A DNA stretch of 64,000 nucleotides, filler included, from Dimargaris cristalligena (GCA_003614675.1; 7 parts of 7 records of this genome joined end to end with filler, not necessarily neighbours in it); one strand, 5' to 3'. Numbered from the whole stretch's first letter, positions 24,900 through 37,463 are shown. Notes: a model not told the origin generated them from the sequence alone. Numbers and translations are program-made.

Positions 24900-25400
24900 G
24901 TCCACGGAGGTAATTGATGGACTTTAGGGCCAAGGCATAGGCTTACATGATGCTAGGTGCCATGTAGGTGGCATATTAGAATGGCATTGGTAAATAAGCG
25001 AATATAATGGGCTTTTTATTATAGGAATATGCAGTGGATATAAGGGAGTGGGGGAAGATAACAGCGAAAGGGGCACTAGTAAAGTGAGGAGGTAATAACT
25101 CATTGACCGAACAGTCTTTATAAAGAAGGATTATATTCTACCACGCGTGTGCTAATAATACATAACATCTATGAGGTTCATCCCCGCTGGGCCTTGGAAC
25201 CTTGAGGTAGCCTTGTAAGATGGTGAGTATCGGAAGTTGGACCTACTGCTGCTCGTGGATAGGCTAGTTATTCATCAATGCAAGATGTCTGTAGTGGCCA
25301 GACCCCCAGTCGCATCGCCTTCTGGCAAGGGTACTACCATGTTCATTATCAGCGGGGTTAGCCTCGGCTACTGGGTTAGAATCACTATATGGAAGAAGTT
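24900..25400 (-). repeat. Further degenerate copy of the 0.6-kb unit
   Basis: Colinear with 18786-19110 at offset ~6290: CTAGTAAA 25076, TTTATA 25117, TCCCCGCTG 25181, TCGTGGATAGG 25253; peptide SNPVAEANP vs STPVDEANA. Confidence 0.8.
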
Positions 25401-26677
25401 CATTCAAGCTGTATAACGCAAAATCCATTGGATGAAGCCCATATTACCGATTAATAGCTATTCTCACATATATTCGCCCATACACGTATTATGTAAAACT
25501 TTATAGAGCTGGTTTGAATTTCATCCATGTGCAACTGATGGAGGGAACCATTGTCCTAAAGATCGAGGAGCTCACCTGCCCCAGTGGGAATGCACTGTCA
25601 AGCTAAACGCGATTAACTTCAGATCATACTGGCCACTCTAACGAGCCCAGGTTCCCCAAATCTTAATAATATATATATATATATATATATCTAAATTCCA
25701 CCTTACTCAGTACCCACGATAATACTGGCCTCCCCCTACCTGGGCGTAACACTATCAACCGAGAATAATACAAATGAGAGGGCCCTGATCAGCCATGGTT
25801 GTTCTGAAACCTGGTGATTGGTGAGCACCAATTAACTAGGGCGGTTCGCTGCGGGGAATTACGTATATAGTTATCAGATGGTTAAAATCACATATGGTAA
25901 AGCAGAGCCGGCTATTGGGCGGCTTCTTGTATACTATTCTACAAGTTTACCGCACCGGATTTGAGAGAACAGCTGGCCTGGCTTTCCCACCAGAGGGGCT
26001 GTTACACGATTCCCGGCAAGTATGGTTAGCTAAGACAATGTCTATAGCAACTCCGGGTGCTTAGTATATACCGCGGTTGGCCGGATATGTTTATGCACCT
26101 AAATTAAGAACGGGAGGTGGCCCTCAATATGGGAAGAGAGGCATGGAAATTAGGAGAAAAAAATGGGATTTAACCTCTGGGTAATCTTTGGGGGGATTTT
26201 TATCAGATTGGCAGTGGGGTGGATGAGACTGGCCCTGAAGAAATCCACCAATTAAAATAGATGTGGCGATTTCCAATAGTTTGTGGCCCACATATACTGT
26301 TCAGCGTAGAGCTAGTTAAGCATTGGGAACAGATAAACGAATACTGCTGTCCCAACCACTCAATTTTGATATATATATATATATATTGACCAATGTGTCC
26401 CACCTCAACTTAGAAGAGCCTTTCATTTCTTTTCTGTTCACCTAGCTGATTACTTTACCCCCAATAAAGCTGTCATTGAACTCCACCCTCATTCAGTCGC
26501 GTGACTTGAAGAACCTACCTATCCTAAGACCTATCTATAGCTTGAGGTACACTGACAACCTTACTATATCTTGCCTATTACTGGCCATTTCTACCATACT
26601 TTACTAGCGACTGCATTGGCGCTTGCCATTCATACTTCTCATTAACGGAATCGGCCCATATAGTTAACTCATCCTCC

Positions 26678-27676
26678 ATGTTTCGATCAACCTCGATCCG
26701 GCCCCTTACTGGCCGTCTTCCTTGGGTCCGGGCGACCACCCCCAACGTTGCTGCCCGCTTGGGTCGCGCCTGGTACAACACCACACCCAAAACCCTCGCC
26801 GAAGCCGAAACCACCCCGACTGCCACGGTGGTCACCCCTGACCAAGACTCACTGGGTTTTCAGTCCCAGCTGGTGAAAGACCCCACGAATGCGGCCCGGC
26901 CCATCTACCTGGACGTACAGGCCACAACTCCGACCGATCCGCGGGTGCTGGACGCCATGCTGCCGTACATGACCGAGATGTACGGCAACCCGCATTCCCG
27001 CACCCACAAGTACGGCTGGGAGACCGAAAAGGGCGTGGAATGGGCCCGGCGTCAGCTGGCTTTGCTGGTGGGGGCCGATCCCAAGGAGATTATCTTCACC
27101 TCGGGCGCCACGGAGTCCAACAACATTAGCATCAAGGGCGTGGCCCGGTTCTACCGTAATAAGAAAAATCACATCATCACGACCCAGACGGAACACAAAT
27201 GCGTCCTCGACTCGTGCCGGGTCCTGCAGGACGAGGGCTTCGAAGTCACCTATTTGCCGGTGCAGACCAACGGCCTGGTGGATCTGAAGGAATTGGAAAA
27301 GGCCATCCGGCCCACGACGGGCCTGGTCTCGATTATGACCGTAAACAACGAAATCGGGGTCACCCAGCCCATCGCCGAAATTGGGGCCCTCTGTCGCCAG
27401 CATAAAATCTTCTTCCACACGGACGCCGCCCAGGCGGTGGGCAAAATCCCCGTGGACGTGAACAAGCAAAACATCGATCTCATGTCGATTTCCGGTCACA
27501 AGATTTACGGTCCCAAGGGCATCGGGGCCCTCTATGTGCGTCGTCGACCCCGCGTACGTCTCGAACCTATTCTGACGGGCGGTGGTCAAGAGCGTGGACT
27601 GCGGTCGGGTACCGTCCCCGCTCCCCTGGCTGTCGGGTTGGGGGCCGCTAGTGCCCTCTGCCGGGCGGATATGGAG
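26678..27676 (+). CDS. NFS1: Mitochondrial cysteine desulfurase Nfs1, exon 1 (333 codons); remainder lies beyond the contig end
   Basis: Presequence, then [44 protein letters not shown]-lysine motif [22 protein letters not shown]. Donor GAG|GTAAGC at 27676/27677. Confidence 0.97.
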
Positions 27677-28008
27677 GTAAGCTCACTATATAGTTATCAT
27701 TGCTTCTAAGGTATTTTTTAGATGTTTTAGGCGGTACTCACTCACTGACATCCGGTAACCTAATACTATCATCAATGAGTATAGGGATGGGGATGAGAAA
27801 AGAGGAAGAGGATTCCCTATGATTACAATGGTATCCCATCCATATGTATCGAATGGTCGCCAACCTGCCACGAACCCGTGCCTTCCTCCCATCCATTGGG
27901 ATATGCTGGTATCAGAAATCATTACTGACACCTCCCAAGGGGATGGGTGCGGCCGGGTGATGTGTGATGTGCAGGGGTTATGAGGGATCCACCTTTTCTT
28001 TAGTTCCT

Positions 28009-28108
28009 NNNNNNNNNNNNNNNNNNNNNNNNNNNNNNNNNNNNNNNNNNNNTTAATTAATTAANNNNNNNNNNNNNNNNNNNNNNNNNNNNNNNNNNNN
28101 NNNNNNNN
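28009..28108. other. Artificial contig linker
   Basis: N44-TTAATTAATTAA-N44. Confidence 0.99.
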
Positions 28109-28255
28109 AGTCCTGTACAGTTAGCATCCCAGCCGACGTGTCATGATTCCTTGTAACCGGTCAAGGGGTGCGAAAACGATTGGTGGGCGGTGAGGAAGGC
28201 CTGGGATTAATTTAGGTGTACTATATAAGTTAAATATTTTACGGAGGAACAAGTC

Positions 28256-28361
28256 GTCAGTTTGGCCGAGTGGTTAAGGCGTTGGACTTGAATAGCCTGG
28301 TTCGCCAGAGCAAGCTATCCAATGGGGTTCCCCCGCGCAGGTTCAAATCCTGCAGCTGACG
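28256..28361 (+). tRNA. tRNA-Ser (anticodon TGA) with a 24-nt intron at 28293-28316
   Basis: Acceptor GTCAGTT/AGCTGAC + discriminator G; A box TGGCCGAGTGG; anticodon arm TTGGA-CT-TGA-A^A-TCCAA; long variable arm GGGG-TTC-CCCC; T arm GCAGG-TTCAAAT-CCTGC; TATATAA ~30 bp upstream. Confidence 0.96.
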
Positions 28362-28366
28362 ATCCA

Positions 28367-28383
28367 TTTTTTGGAGTTTTTTT
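28367..28383 (+). terminator. RNA polymerase III terminator (T6 and T7 runs)
   Basis: Oligo-T runs starting 5 nt after the tRNA 3' end. Confidence 0.85.
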
Positions 28384-31300
28384 GGATGGTGCCATTGAGT
28401 TTTATTTTTAATGGCTTTGGTTTTGTTAGCATTCCCCCACTTGCCACACTCGATTTTTAGCGGGAGGTCGTAAGCTATGATAATGAACCAATTCAATAAA
28501 ATAATTAGCTTAGTAGCTCCTTTCATCGAAATATTCATATATATGTTTCTTACTGCGCCCGAATAAGTAACCCAAATAGGTGTAATGGTTATACTTTTAT
28601 ATTTTTGGGAAATGCTTTATAAGATGCATTAAAGCACCTTAGCAATGGCTCTTGTCCTATATAGCGGTCTACAATTTTATGGAGTTACTGTATCAGATGC
28701 TCTGTCCACTTAATATCGTCTACAGGCCAAATTCCCCAATCGATACTGCTTTGGTTATTGAGATATGGATATTTGATATTGTATTGGTATTTAGACTGTA
28801 CCCGTAAAGATACTCCATAATACAAGCTAAGGGCTTGGTTGTACTTCAATAAACTGCGTAGGCTAATGAATAGTAAGTAGAACGTAGAAGTTCACCTCAA
28901 ATAATATATATGGCAGGATATTGGTAAGCCCATGATGTAATTATATGTACTGTATTCCAGTAAAATCATGTCGGACAACCTAACGCACGCCGTTGGTAAT
29001 ATAAAGTGGTATTGGTTTGCAATCCACTGTAATTGGTCGCAATGTCAAAAGGACAGGGGCAATAGATTTAATGAACTATACCACAATGATGGCGCCTGTC
29101 CCCTTTAACCCTGATGGGACCCTCTCTCTTCAACCGTTGCCTCGCCCTCCCACCGGTATTGTTTTATTCAACGCCTGGTGCTTGCCACTGCGGCCCTTGA
29201 AGGCACGGGACTCACACCCCCACCCTGCCCCCCTTTTCCGCCTCTTGGCTGCTTTAATTGCTTGGCCACGTTAACCATATGTCTTTTTTTTATATTTCAT
29301 TCCGGTTTACTGCACCTCCTATTCCCCACCCCCAGTATCTTGTGCTACCCCAGTTAATGAGAGGGGAAGATTACTCACCGTGTGGTGCGGATATTTTTGG
29401 CTTTACGGTCCACCACACCCGTAGTCGGCTACGGAGGCCCTCGCTAATGCTTGAAGAGAACCAATGTGGATATTTAGTGTGCTTGGGAGGTGGAGGGTGA
29501 CTACCGCGTGTATTTAGTACAATACATGGCCGGGCTGGTATTCTAAATAAATTATTTCGGACCAACTGCCTGCGAACCCATTTGGTCGTGAGAACTGGCG
29601 GAGGGAGATGGCTATTTTACCTAAATTGCACCCACCGACGGGTGCGTGGCTGGATAAGCAGATCATCGGATGCCGAGACAAAAAAATAGAAAGAAAGAGG
29701 AGCACACGTTTGGAAACCTTCGTTGGTACAGAAGAGGCGGCTGAAAGTTCGTGAGGTCTATTTAGAGGGCAAGGGTGGTGAATGGCAATTGACGGTAATG
29801 CAACGCAGGACACGCCCGGTCTAATTTTCCGCCTTTTAAGGCTGCCATTACTTTGTACATTTCGCGAATTAGGGGTAATATAGGTAGCTACATGCTTTAC
29901 TTGAAAACGGTGCGTGGGTGTACAGGGCCGCATACCTAAAGGTGTAGCCATTCTTCAATATACTGGAGACCTCAATAGTTTGAAGCTAGTATCATATAAG
30001 CCTTCCAAGCCCACCTTCTGTATACTTATGTATACCGGTGGATATTGCAACTCGTCTAGTCGGCGGTTTAGCCACGTTTAGCGTTTCGACACTCCCATAC
30101 TATTTTCTAATCCGAACAGAACAGTCTGCTGTTCAGCTATCAGGGCAACCGAGGCCAGGTACTCGAGGATCGCGGAGGGCGGCCCTGGGTTGGCCCATAG
30201 CCACCTGCGCTGCCTTCTCACTGTACAGAAACTGATTCCTTAAGCGGCTGAGCACCACATTGGGGCTTGCAAATAAACGCGAAAATAGAGATGGACACAG
30301 CTGCTGACCACCTGACACTGGCATCGGCTAAATCCTCATCCACCAAAGACAGCCTCCCTCTTCTTCTCTTTTTCTCCTTTTTTTTGGTATTGCTTCAATA
30401 CTGGAGGGAAATACTAACATACTACTTCTACACCATCGTGTTTATCCGATGACTATAGTAGTGTTTGTATTTCCATGGACGTAATATTATTGTAGGCTGC
30501 ATTAAACAGGAAACTCTATCCAAGTTGGGTTGTCTGGTACCATTGTCCAGCGACCCCGTGTACCTCAGCCCATTGTATTGAATAATGATATTGAATTGGG
30601 CAACGGGGAACTCGCTTGAGGTCTCATGTGGAGAGGTTCGCATTCGCCGCTGAGAGGCAGATTGGACTTCGGCTTTTGAATGTGCGATTATTCCTCCTCT
30701 CCCCTCCCTCTTCCCCCGCATAATTGCGTAAATGAGAGGTTAGTGTCTTTCTAGTACACCAATACACCATGAATTCGGTAATTAACTGCCACTCCAGTCG
30801 TTGGGGCGAGATATTCAGAAAGTACAACTACTTTGTCCACATGGGCTTGGCTCGAGAACAGAAAAAACATTCTAGAGACCAATCTTATACTTAGGTGCGC
30901 TATACAGCGCCGATTTCTATTGGACATATAGTCGCAATAGAAGTGTGATGTCTTGGATTTTGCATCAGTGGTGGTAGAACTTTGGTTAACTCGCTGGCCC
31001 TATTACATGACCCTAAACTATCTATTTTTTTATGGATCACATGCCCAGCCATCATTCGCAGTTTCCTTATAGTATTATATAGCCTTGACGAATCGCCTGG
31101 CTATTTCACCGGGCAGTCGAGCGGTAGCAATGGCGGGAAGACGGCCGTTATCGGCAGTACATAGGCGAATGTAATACATTTGGATTTTTCTTCTTATGCT
31201 GAAGCCAGCGTTGCTTTGTGAATTTGTAGATCCTTTTCAGCCCCCATTTTTATCACGGATATCTCCCCCCTTTCTATAATAGTTCGGGGACCGGAGAACA

Positions 31301-34300
31301 TTCCCAATCACACTTACCACCCGACGGGTTGCGCCCGTTGAGAGGGAGAGCATATGGGGTTGGGATGGTCAAGGTGACCTAAAGGGTAGTTTTATTGGCA
31401 ACCCTCTCTTTATACCCTGCGACTTCCTCCAATCTCTTTACCACTTAATTGTTTCGTGGGTATAACCACCGTGACTGGCCCCCCGAGTGCCACACTGGGC
31501 CAGTAATGATTTACCAAAATATAAAGAAGGGGAACAAGACCAGTGACTGGTTGGTTGTTCAACGCGCCACTTATTCCATCGTTGAAGTCCAGTGGATTCA
31601 GTCGATCAGAAATTTTTTATTATCTATCTAACCTCCATGTATCCCTCCTACTATTGGCCATCGGCGGCACTCCTCACACATTGAAGCGCCGCTCGGACTA
31701 ACTGCTTAAATATATACTGATTAGCTGACTAGACGGCCATGTCCAAAGTGGGGGTGAATGGAGTTGATTTGGCGGACGAGTTATCATCCCATCGTAAAGT
31801 GGTGTATTCACGCCCTTCTACAATTCGATAAGCGCCATATTAAGGGTTTGTGAAGACATGTACCCTTCATTCATAAAGAAATGTATGACTCTCTGGCTCG
31901 TTTCAGGAGATAACTCGCTTTTTTTAGAAAGGGGATCATGCGACCTCCCCAATTGTCCGCCAACCCCAGCCTCCCAACCATTTAAATTGCCCCCAATCAA
32001 ATTCACGGATGGTTCACTATCCTCTCCTCTTCATCCTATACGAGGGAAGCCGACTTATAAGAGACAATAGGTAGAGGAGGTCTTCTTGGCACGTTCCGAA
32101 TTAAGGATATCGGAATAACTTCACGAAACAACTATAATAGTACCGGAGGAGAAGGACATGTGAGTGAACAATGCTGAGAGCCCCGCTATGGCCATTGATT
32201 TCCAAGTAGCTAGTCTACAACTCCCATCATTAGTGTGAAGCCGGTTGATGGCTGTTGGTAGAAGGTGGATATAGTGGCGCGATAGGAACCTCTTAATGAT
32301 GGTTTTGATAATGAATAAGTGATATAGACTTACAATATTAAAGTACAACCAAAGATTTAATATATGGGAGGTGCATATCTGTGCGATTAGATTTGATACG
32401 GCTAGAAGATATACCCATACCTGTCCTATCCCAAACCAAAAATGACCTGCGATTCATTGATAGGCTAACTAACCGCATCACGGTTCCATGGTTCAATTTT
32501 TTAGTTGGGATATTAAAGGATTTAGCATTAAACAAAGTTTGGATGTTTCGGCTTGGTATTTTGAAATATAAAAATTATATTCTGAGTAGAAAAGGCTGTC
32601 GAGGGGGATGTGTGTGATAGTAAGGGTCGGTTATGGAGACCACTTCGACTCACAGCAGATGAACGGGCAGTTACACCATGGCAATCGGCGGCAGCTCTAC
32701 TAGTATATTACATTGTAATGGGATAATACTTTTGCACGCCAATTGACTACACACTCCTCGATTTGGCTAAATAATCGGGACAGTAATGCGAAGGGTGCGA
32801 GGACTGGTGTGGGGCATTAGCACTTGGAAAAGGTCGCTCCGCTTCCTCCCACCCTGTCTTGGTCCGATAAAGAGCCCCTACATTGAGGTCGGAATCCCCA
32901 CGTTTCGTATTTTTAAAGAAAAAATAAGTATATGATTGCGTTCTTAATATGGCATAGCAGGTGTTACTCACTCATCCCCGAGGTTTACTCGGCGGGAAGC
33001 TAGCTGGCGGCTGATATTTTAGTCCAGTTCCGATAGTTACTATAGTAATTTTAAAGGCACGGTTTGCAAATCGTATATTGGGAGGGGAATCTTTCTGTCC
33101 AAATAATGATGTGAAAAATTCGGAAATGTTGCATTCAAATCTTCGGAGATTGGCAATGTGAGTTGATGGCGACTTAACCAAGACAGTCCCTCCGCAATTA
33201 GGTAGGAATCACGGGCTAATTTGATGCACAGGGATTAGACCGCCATTTTTGCTTCACTCCAATCACCAGTCTGTTTCCCTCGGCCCATGGCCTTCACTGG
33301 ATAATGTAAAACTGCATATGGGAAAGGATAAAACGACCGCCAAGTCCGAAGAACCCTCCACCCCAACTCACTCCATATAGCAAGTTCCACTAAGGGGCTG
33401 GGAATAGGCCGGGTGTAACCAGTGGCGGCGATACTACCGGTTGGGCCAGCTGTATAATCAGCTAGGAAATCCTGAAACTAAGGACCGAAGGAACAACCTC
33501 CGAGCTGTATCTATTTTATTATTTAAAGAAAATGGTATTCTCTCAGTCCAGACCGGGCCATACAGTGAGTGACTTGGTGCCGAATCCTTTCTCTTCCCAG
33601 CAACTCAGCCGGCAGGCCCAATCATTGCAGTTTGGGGCGGTCTGGCGAATAGCATGAAATCTATTATCGAACCAATGAACACGTCCGGGTCTTATCGAAT
33701 CACTGAGCCTGACTTGGCATACGGACTTTGGGGAAATTCATCGACAGACACATCCGATGAAGGAAAAGGGTGCCCATGTGCTCTTCTCGTCCTTCGTGTT
33801 TATCCTATAATACATGGACAGCTATTCCGAATAGTTGGCCAATAGTTAGCCGACTGGGGAGGGCTGGGACAAGTAGAAGTGGCCGGATTCTTATCGAGTT
33901 GGTATGAAATGTTTGCCGGTTGGATCTGTGGACCACAGCACCCTGGCTAGCGTGAGACGGGGTGAAGTAAGGAGGGCGCTTGAGGGGGAGCGCAAATGCA
34001 ATAAGATTGGTGAGGACTGCCTTTCCTATTCCCGTTCCCCACTGCACATGTGGCCAACCTCGTATGCCTTGCCGGTGTAATTGACCACGCCACACTTTGC
34101 GCCGCCTTTAAGGCGATGCCTATAGAGCGAGATTAAAGCAAACTACGCTAAAAGCTGGATAAGGGGATGGAGAAGTAACTAAACCAGGCTGTGTGCTGCT
34201 GATATGAATGGAGTGGGGATGTCTGCCTGTTTTCAACAACCTCCCCCCCCCCCACATTTTCCCCTTCGCCGCTACTCCTTTTCTGAAAAAATGGGGGGCT

Positions 34301-34340
34301 GGAGGGATTCCACCCCCTCTGTCCAACCTGGCTCGTTTCC

Positions 34341-34350
34341 TATATAAATA
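34341..34350 (+). promoter_or_regulatory. Probable TATA box of the permease gene
   Basis: TATATAAATA followed by ~830 nt of pyrimidine-rich, ATG-free sequence up to the permease ATG. Confidence 0.5.
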
Positions 34351-35180
34351 CGGACCCATCCGACCCTTCCCTCTCCTGACTTAACCCACTCTCCACAGCC
34401 TACACCACCTCCTGGGTTTGGATCACCTTCGATTTTCCATCTCCGCTAACATCGCCGTACCGCGGAAACCACCCCTCTCCCACCTTAGCCTTGCTGCTTG
34501 ATTTTGTTTAAGCCAGCGCCCTCCCCCCGCATATCTGCGATTATTCCAGCCGGTTTAGCTCGACCCGGTCCAGGCATTCGAGGTCTATTTTTAAGCCCAT
34601 TCCCGGATCCGGCAGTTCCCATTGTGTTCGCTGCAGTAGTGGCTAGCTTACGGCGCCAGTTGCGTCCCTCCTTCTCCTCGTTTCTCACTTTCACCCAGCC
34701 GTTCTAATTTAGGCAGACTTCGTAGATTGTCATCCACCTGCTTGAACTACTGGTGGCGGTCAATCTTTTCTCCCTTAGCCTTCATTACCTCTCTCTCGCT
34801 CCGCTTTCTTTTCTCTCTCTCGTTCTGTCGTCTGTTTAAGGCAGCTGCTCCCAGACATTGTTGGGCCTTCTTAAAGACTCACCCCCTGGCCTTAGCTTAT
34901 TCCCTTGCCCTTTCTTGCCTTTATATCTCATTTTAATTACGGACATCATTGATCAATCCCTACTAATTACTGTCTGCTGATATATATATATATATACCTC
35001 TCCTGACTCTCTCCCTTCCTCCAACTCTGCAGCCCTTAGCTTGCCTATTCCTACTACCAAACCTTTACTTCCCACTGTTCAGTAGTTCTTGTCTCTCGCT
35101 CTCTCACTCAGTGTGTATATAATATTTTTCTTACAGTTTCCATATACCTCCTCTCTTTTCTAAACCCCCCCCTTTCCATA

Positions 35181-36764
35181 ATGACTGATAAAGAGGAGGT
35201 CGCTATAGCCCACGTCGAGGGCGGTTCGATGGGCAAGCCCCGGCGGCCCGACGAAAACTGGTTCAAGCACCGCCTCCGGCTACTCGCTTCCCGCAAGTCC
35301 CTAGACCAAATTCTGCGGGAAGGCAACGCTTCCACCATGAAACGGTCGCTCACCGCGTGGGACCTGACCATGATTGGGGTCGGCGCAATTATCGGCGGTG
35401 GTATTTTCGTCCTTACGGGAGTGGCCGCCGCCAAATACGCGGGTCCGGCCATCATTGTGTCCTTCATCATTGCGGGGGTGTGCGCCGGTATCGCCGCTTT
35501 CTCGTATTCGGAACTGGCGTCGATGGTGCCTATTTCGGGGTCCGCTTACACCTATACGTATGCGACCATGGGCGAATTGCTGGCCTGGATTATCGGTTGG
35601 GACTTGATTCTGGAGTACTTGGTGGGTGCAGCGACCGTGGCCGTGTCGTGGTCGTCGTATCTGGTGGCTCTGTTCAAGGATGCGTTCGGTGTGACATTGG
35701 ACCCACGGACCACGAGCGGACCCGTGATTTGGGACGGCTCGACGTTTGTGCGCACGGGCAATATCATTAATATTCCTGCGATTCTGATCGTCTTGCTCAT
35801 CACCGTGGTCCTCGTCGTTGGTATCCAGGAATCGGCGCGCCTGAACATGGCCGCCGTCCTCATTAAAGTGCTGGTCGTGCTCATTTTCATCTTCGCCGCC
35901 TGCGGTCGGGTGGATCCGGCCAACTACAAGCCATTCGTGCCGCCTGCCCAGGACGGCAAGTACGGCGGACTGGGTATCATTCGGGGGGCTAAAACGGTCT
36001 TCTTCGCCTACATTGGTTTTGATGCCGTTTCGACCGCCGCCCAGGAGGCCAAAAACCCCAAACGGGACCTGCCCATCGGGATCATCTCCTCTCTCATCAT
36101 CTGTACCACCCTGTACATCGCCACCGCTGCGGTTGTGGTGGGCCTCCGCCCGTACTACGAACTGGACGTGGCCCATCCCATTTCCTTCGCTTTGGAAAAC
36201 ATGAGCAACACCCGATGGCTCCGTATTCTAGTGGATATCGGTGCCGTCGCGGGTTTATTATCAGTGATGCTTATCCTCATGATGGGGCAACCCCGGATTT
36301 TCCATACCATGGCCAAGGACGGGATGCTACCTAGCCTGTTGGCCCGCATCCACCCGCGCTTCCGCACCCCCTACATCCCCACGATTATTACGGGGGTGTG
36401 CTGTGCCGTACTGGCCGGCTTCCTGCCGGTGGATTTATTGGGCGATATGACGAGTGTGGGCACCCTATTAGCGTTCTTTCTGGTCCACGCCGGGGTCATC
36501 ATCCTCCGCTTTACTAATCCCGATATGCCCCGGGGGTTCCGAGTGCCGCTGGGACCGTTTGTCCTACCCGTCCTGGGGGGAGCTATTTCCATCGCCCTCA
36601 TTGTCCTGTCAGAACCGACCACGATTTACCGGCTATTCGCCTGGCTGGGCATTGGCCTGATTGTCTACGCCATCTACGGGCACCGCAAGTCCCATCTCAA
36701 TTTCCCCCGCGAAAATGAAGAAGTCGAACCCGATTACGGCTACACTGCCACCGGCCACGCCTAA
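35181..36764 (+). CDS. APC-superfamily amino acid permease (CAT/SLC7-like, resembling bacterial YfnA/ApcT type), 527 aa, intronless
   Basis: TM1 GVGAIIGGGIF, AGPAIIVSF, YSELASMVPISGSAYTY, GWDLILEY, TM6 FFAYIGFDAVSTAAQEAKNPKRDLPIGI, QPRIFHTMAKDG, SVGTLLAF. Confidence 0.95.
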   Translation: MTDKEEVAIAHVEGGSMGKPRRPDENWFKHRLRLLASRKSLDQILREGNASTMKRSLTAWDLTMIGVGAIIGGGIFVLTGVAAAKYAGPAIIVSFIIAGVCAGIAAFSYSELASMVPISGSAYTYTYATMGELLAWIIGWDLILEYLVGAATVAVSWSSYLVALFKDAFGVTLDPRTTSGPVIWDGSTFVRTGNIINIPAILIVLLITVVLVVGIQESARLNMAAVLIKVLVVLIFIFAACGRVDPANYKPFVPPAQDGKYGGLGIIRGAKTVFFAYIGFDAVSTAAQEAKNPKRDLPIGIISSLIICTTLYIATAAVVVGLRPYYELDVAHPISFALENMSNTRWLRILVDIGAVAGLLSVMLILMMGQPRIFHTMAKDGMLPSLLARIHPRFRTPYIPTIITGVCCAVLAGFLPVDLLGDMTSVGTLLAFFLVHAGVIILRFTNPDMPRGFRVPLGPFVLPVLGGAISIALIVLSEPTTIYRLFAWLGIGLIVYAIYGHRKSHLNFPRENEEVEPDYGYTATGHA

Positions 36765-37052
36765 ACCACGCCAACTTTTCGGTATTCATTCATTTATATA
36801 TATATATATATATATGCTACTCGATCTGAGTATAATTCGTTTGTATTTATTAGTGTTTAAAATAGATATTTTTATCCTCGTAGTACAGCATTGTTGCCCA
36901 CTGCCTTTCCTTCACCATGCGTGTCGCCCCCATTATTACCAGTAGTATGCTACATTTCTAGACCCATCCGGACTGGCCTTATCCCCTCTCTCCCCTACTC
37001 ATTATAGTCCCAAGCAACTTTCATAGTATGCTGTGTATTTTGTATTGACCAC

Positions 37053-37055
<3 letters not shown>

Positions 37056-37079
<24 letters not shown>
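37056..37079. repeat. (AT)n microsatellite; similar tracts near 25669-25690, 26369-26385, 34979-34996, 36795-36815, 62141-62161
   Basis: Perfect AT dinucleotide runs in gene-flanking DNA. Confidence 0.9.
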
Positions 37080-37084
<5 letters not shown>

Positions 37085-37363
37085 TTCCTTTCCCCTTTTA
37101 GCGCACTGCACTCTACATAAATATGACCGTACAACAGTGACTACGCCTAGTAACGTGTGGGGTATTGACTGGATATGTATGCCGGGTCGGGCTTGTCAAT
37201 GCACATGATGATGAGAGGTGACTGGAGGATTCCCCCCCCCACTGGCTAGTCTGCCAAGAATAATAACCAAGTAACAACAGGGTTATTGGAAAGGAGGAAG
37301 GGGAGGGGGTGTTACGTTTGGTCGTGGTGGACTAGTATTTAGGGGAGCCGAGTAGGACGTAGA

Positions 37364-37463
37364 NNNNNNNNNNNNNNNNNNNNNNNNNNNNNNNNNNNNN
37401 NNNNNNNTTAATTAATTAANNNNNNNNNNNNNNNNNNNNNNNNNNNNNNNNNNNNNNNNNNNN
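37364..37463. other. Artificial contig linker
   Basis: N44-TTAATTAATTAA-N44. Confidence 0.99.

Noticed and set aside
28256-28361. Possible selenocysteine or opal-suppressor tRNA (long variable arm, TGA in the loop)
   Set aside because: The anticodon itself is TGA (reads UCA, Ser), not TCA; canonical 7/5 stems and an internal A box.
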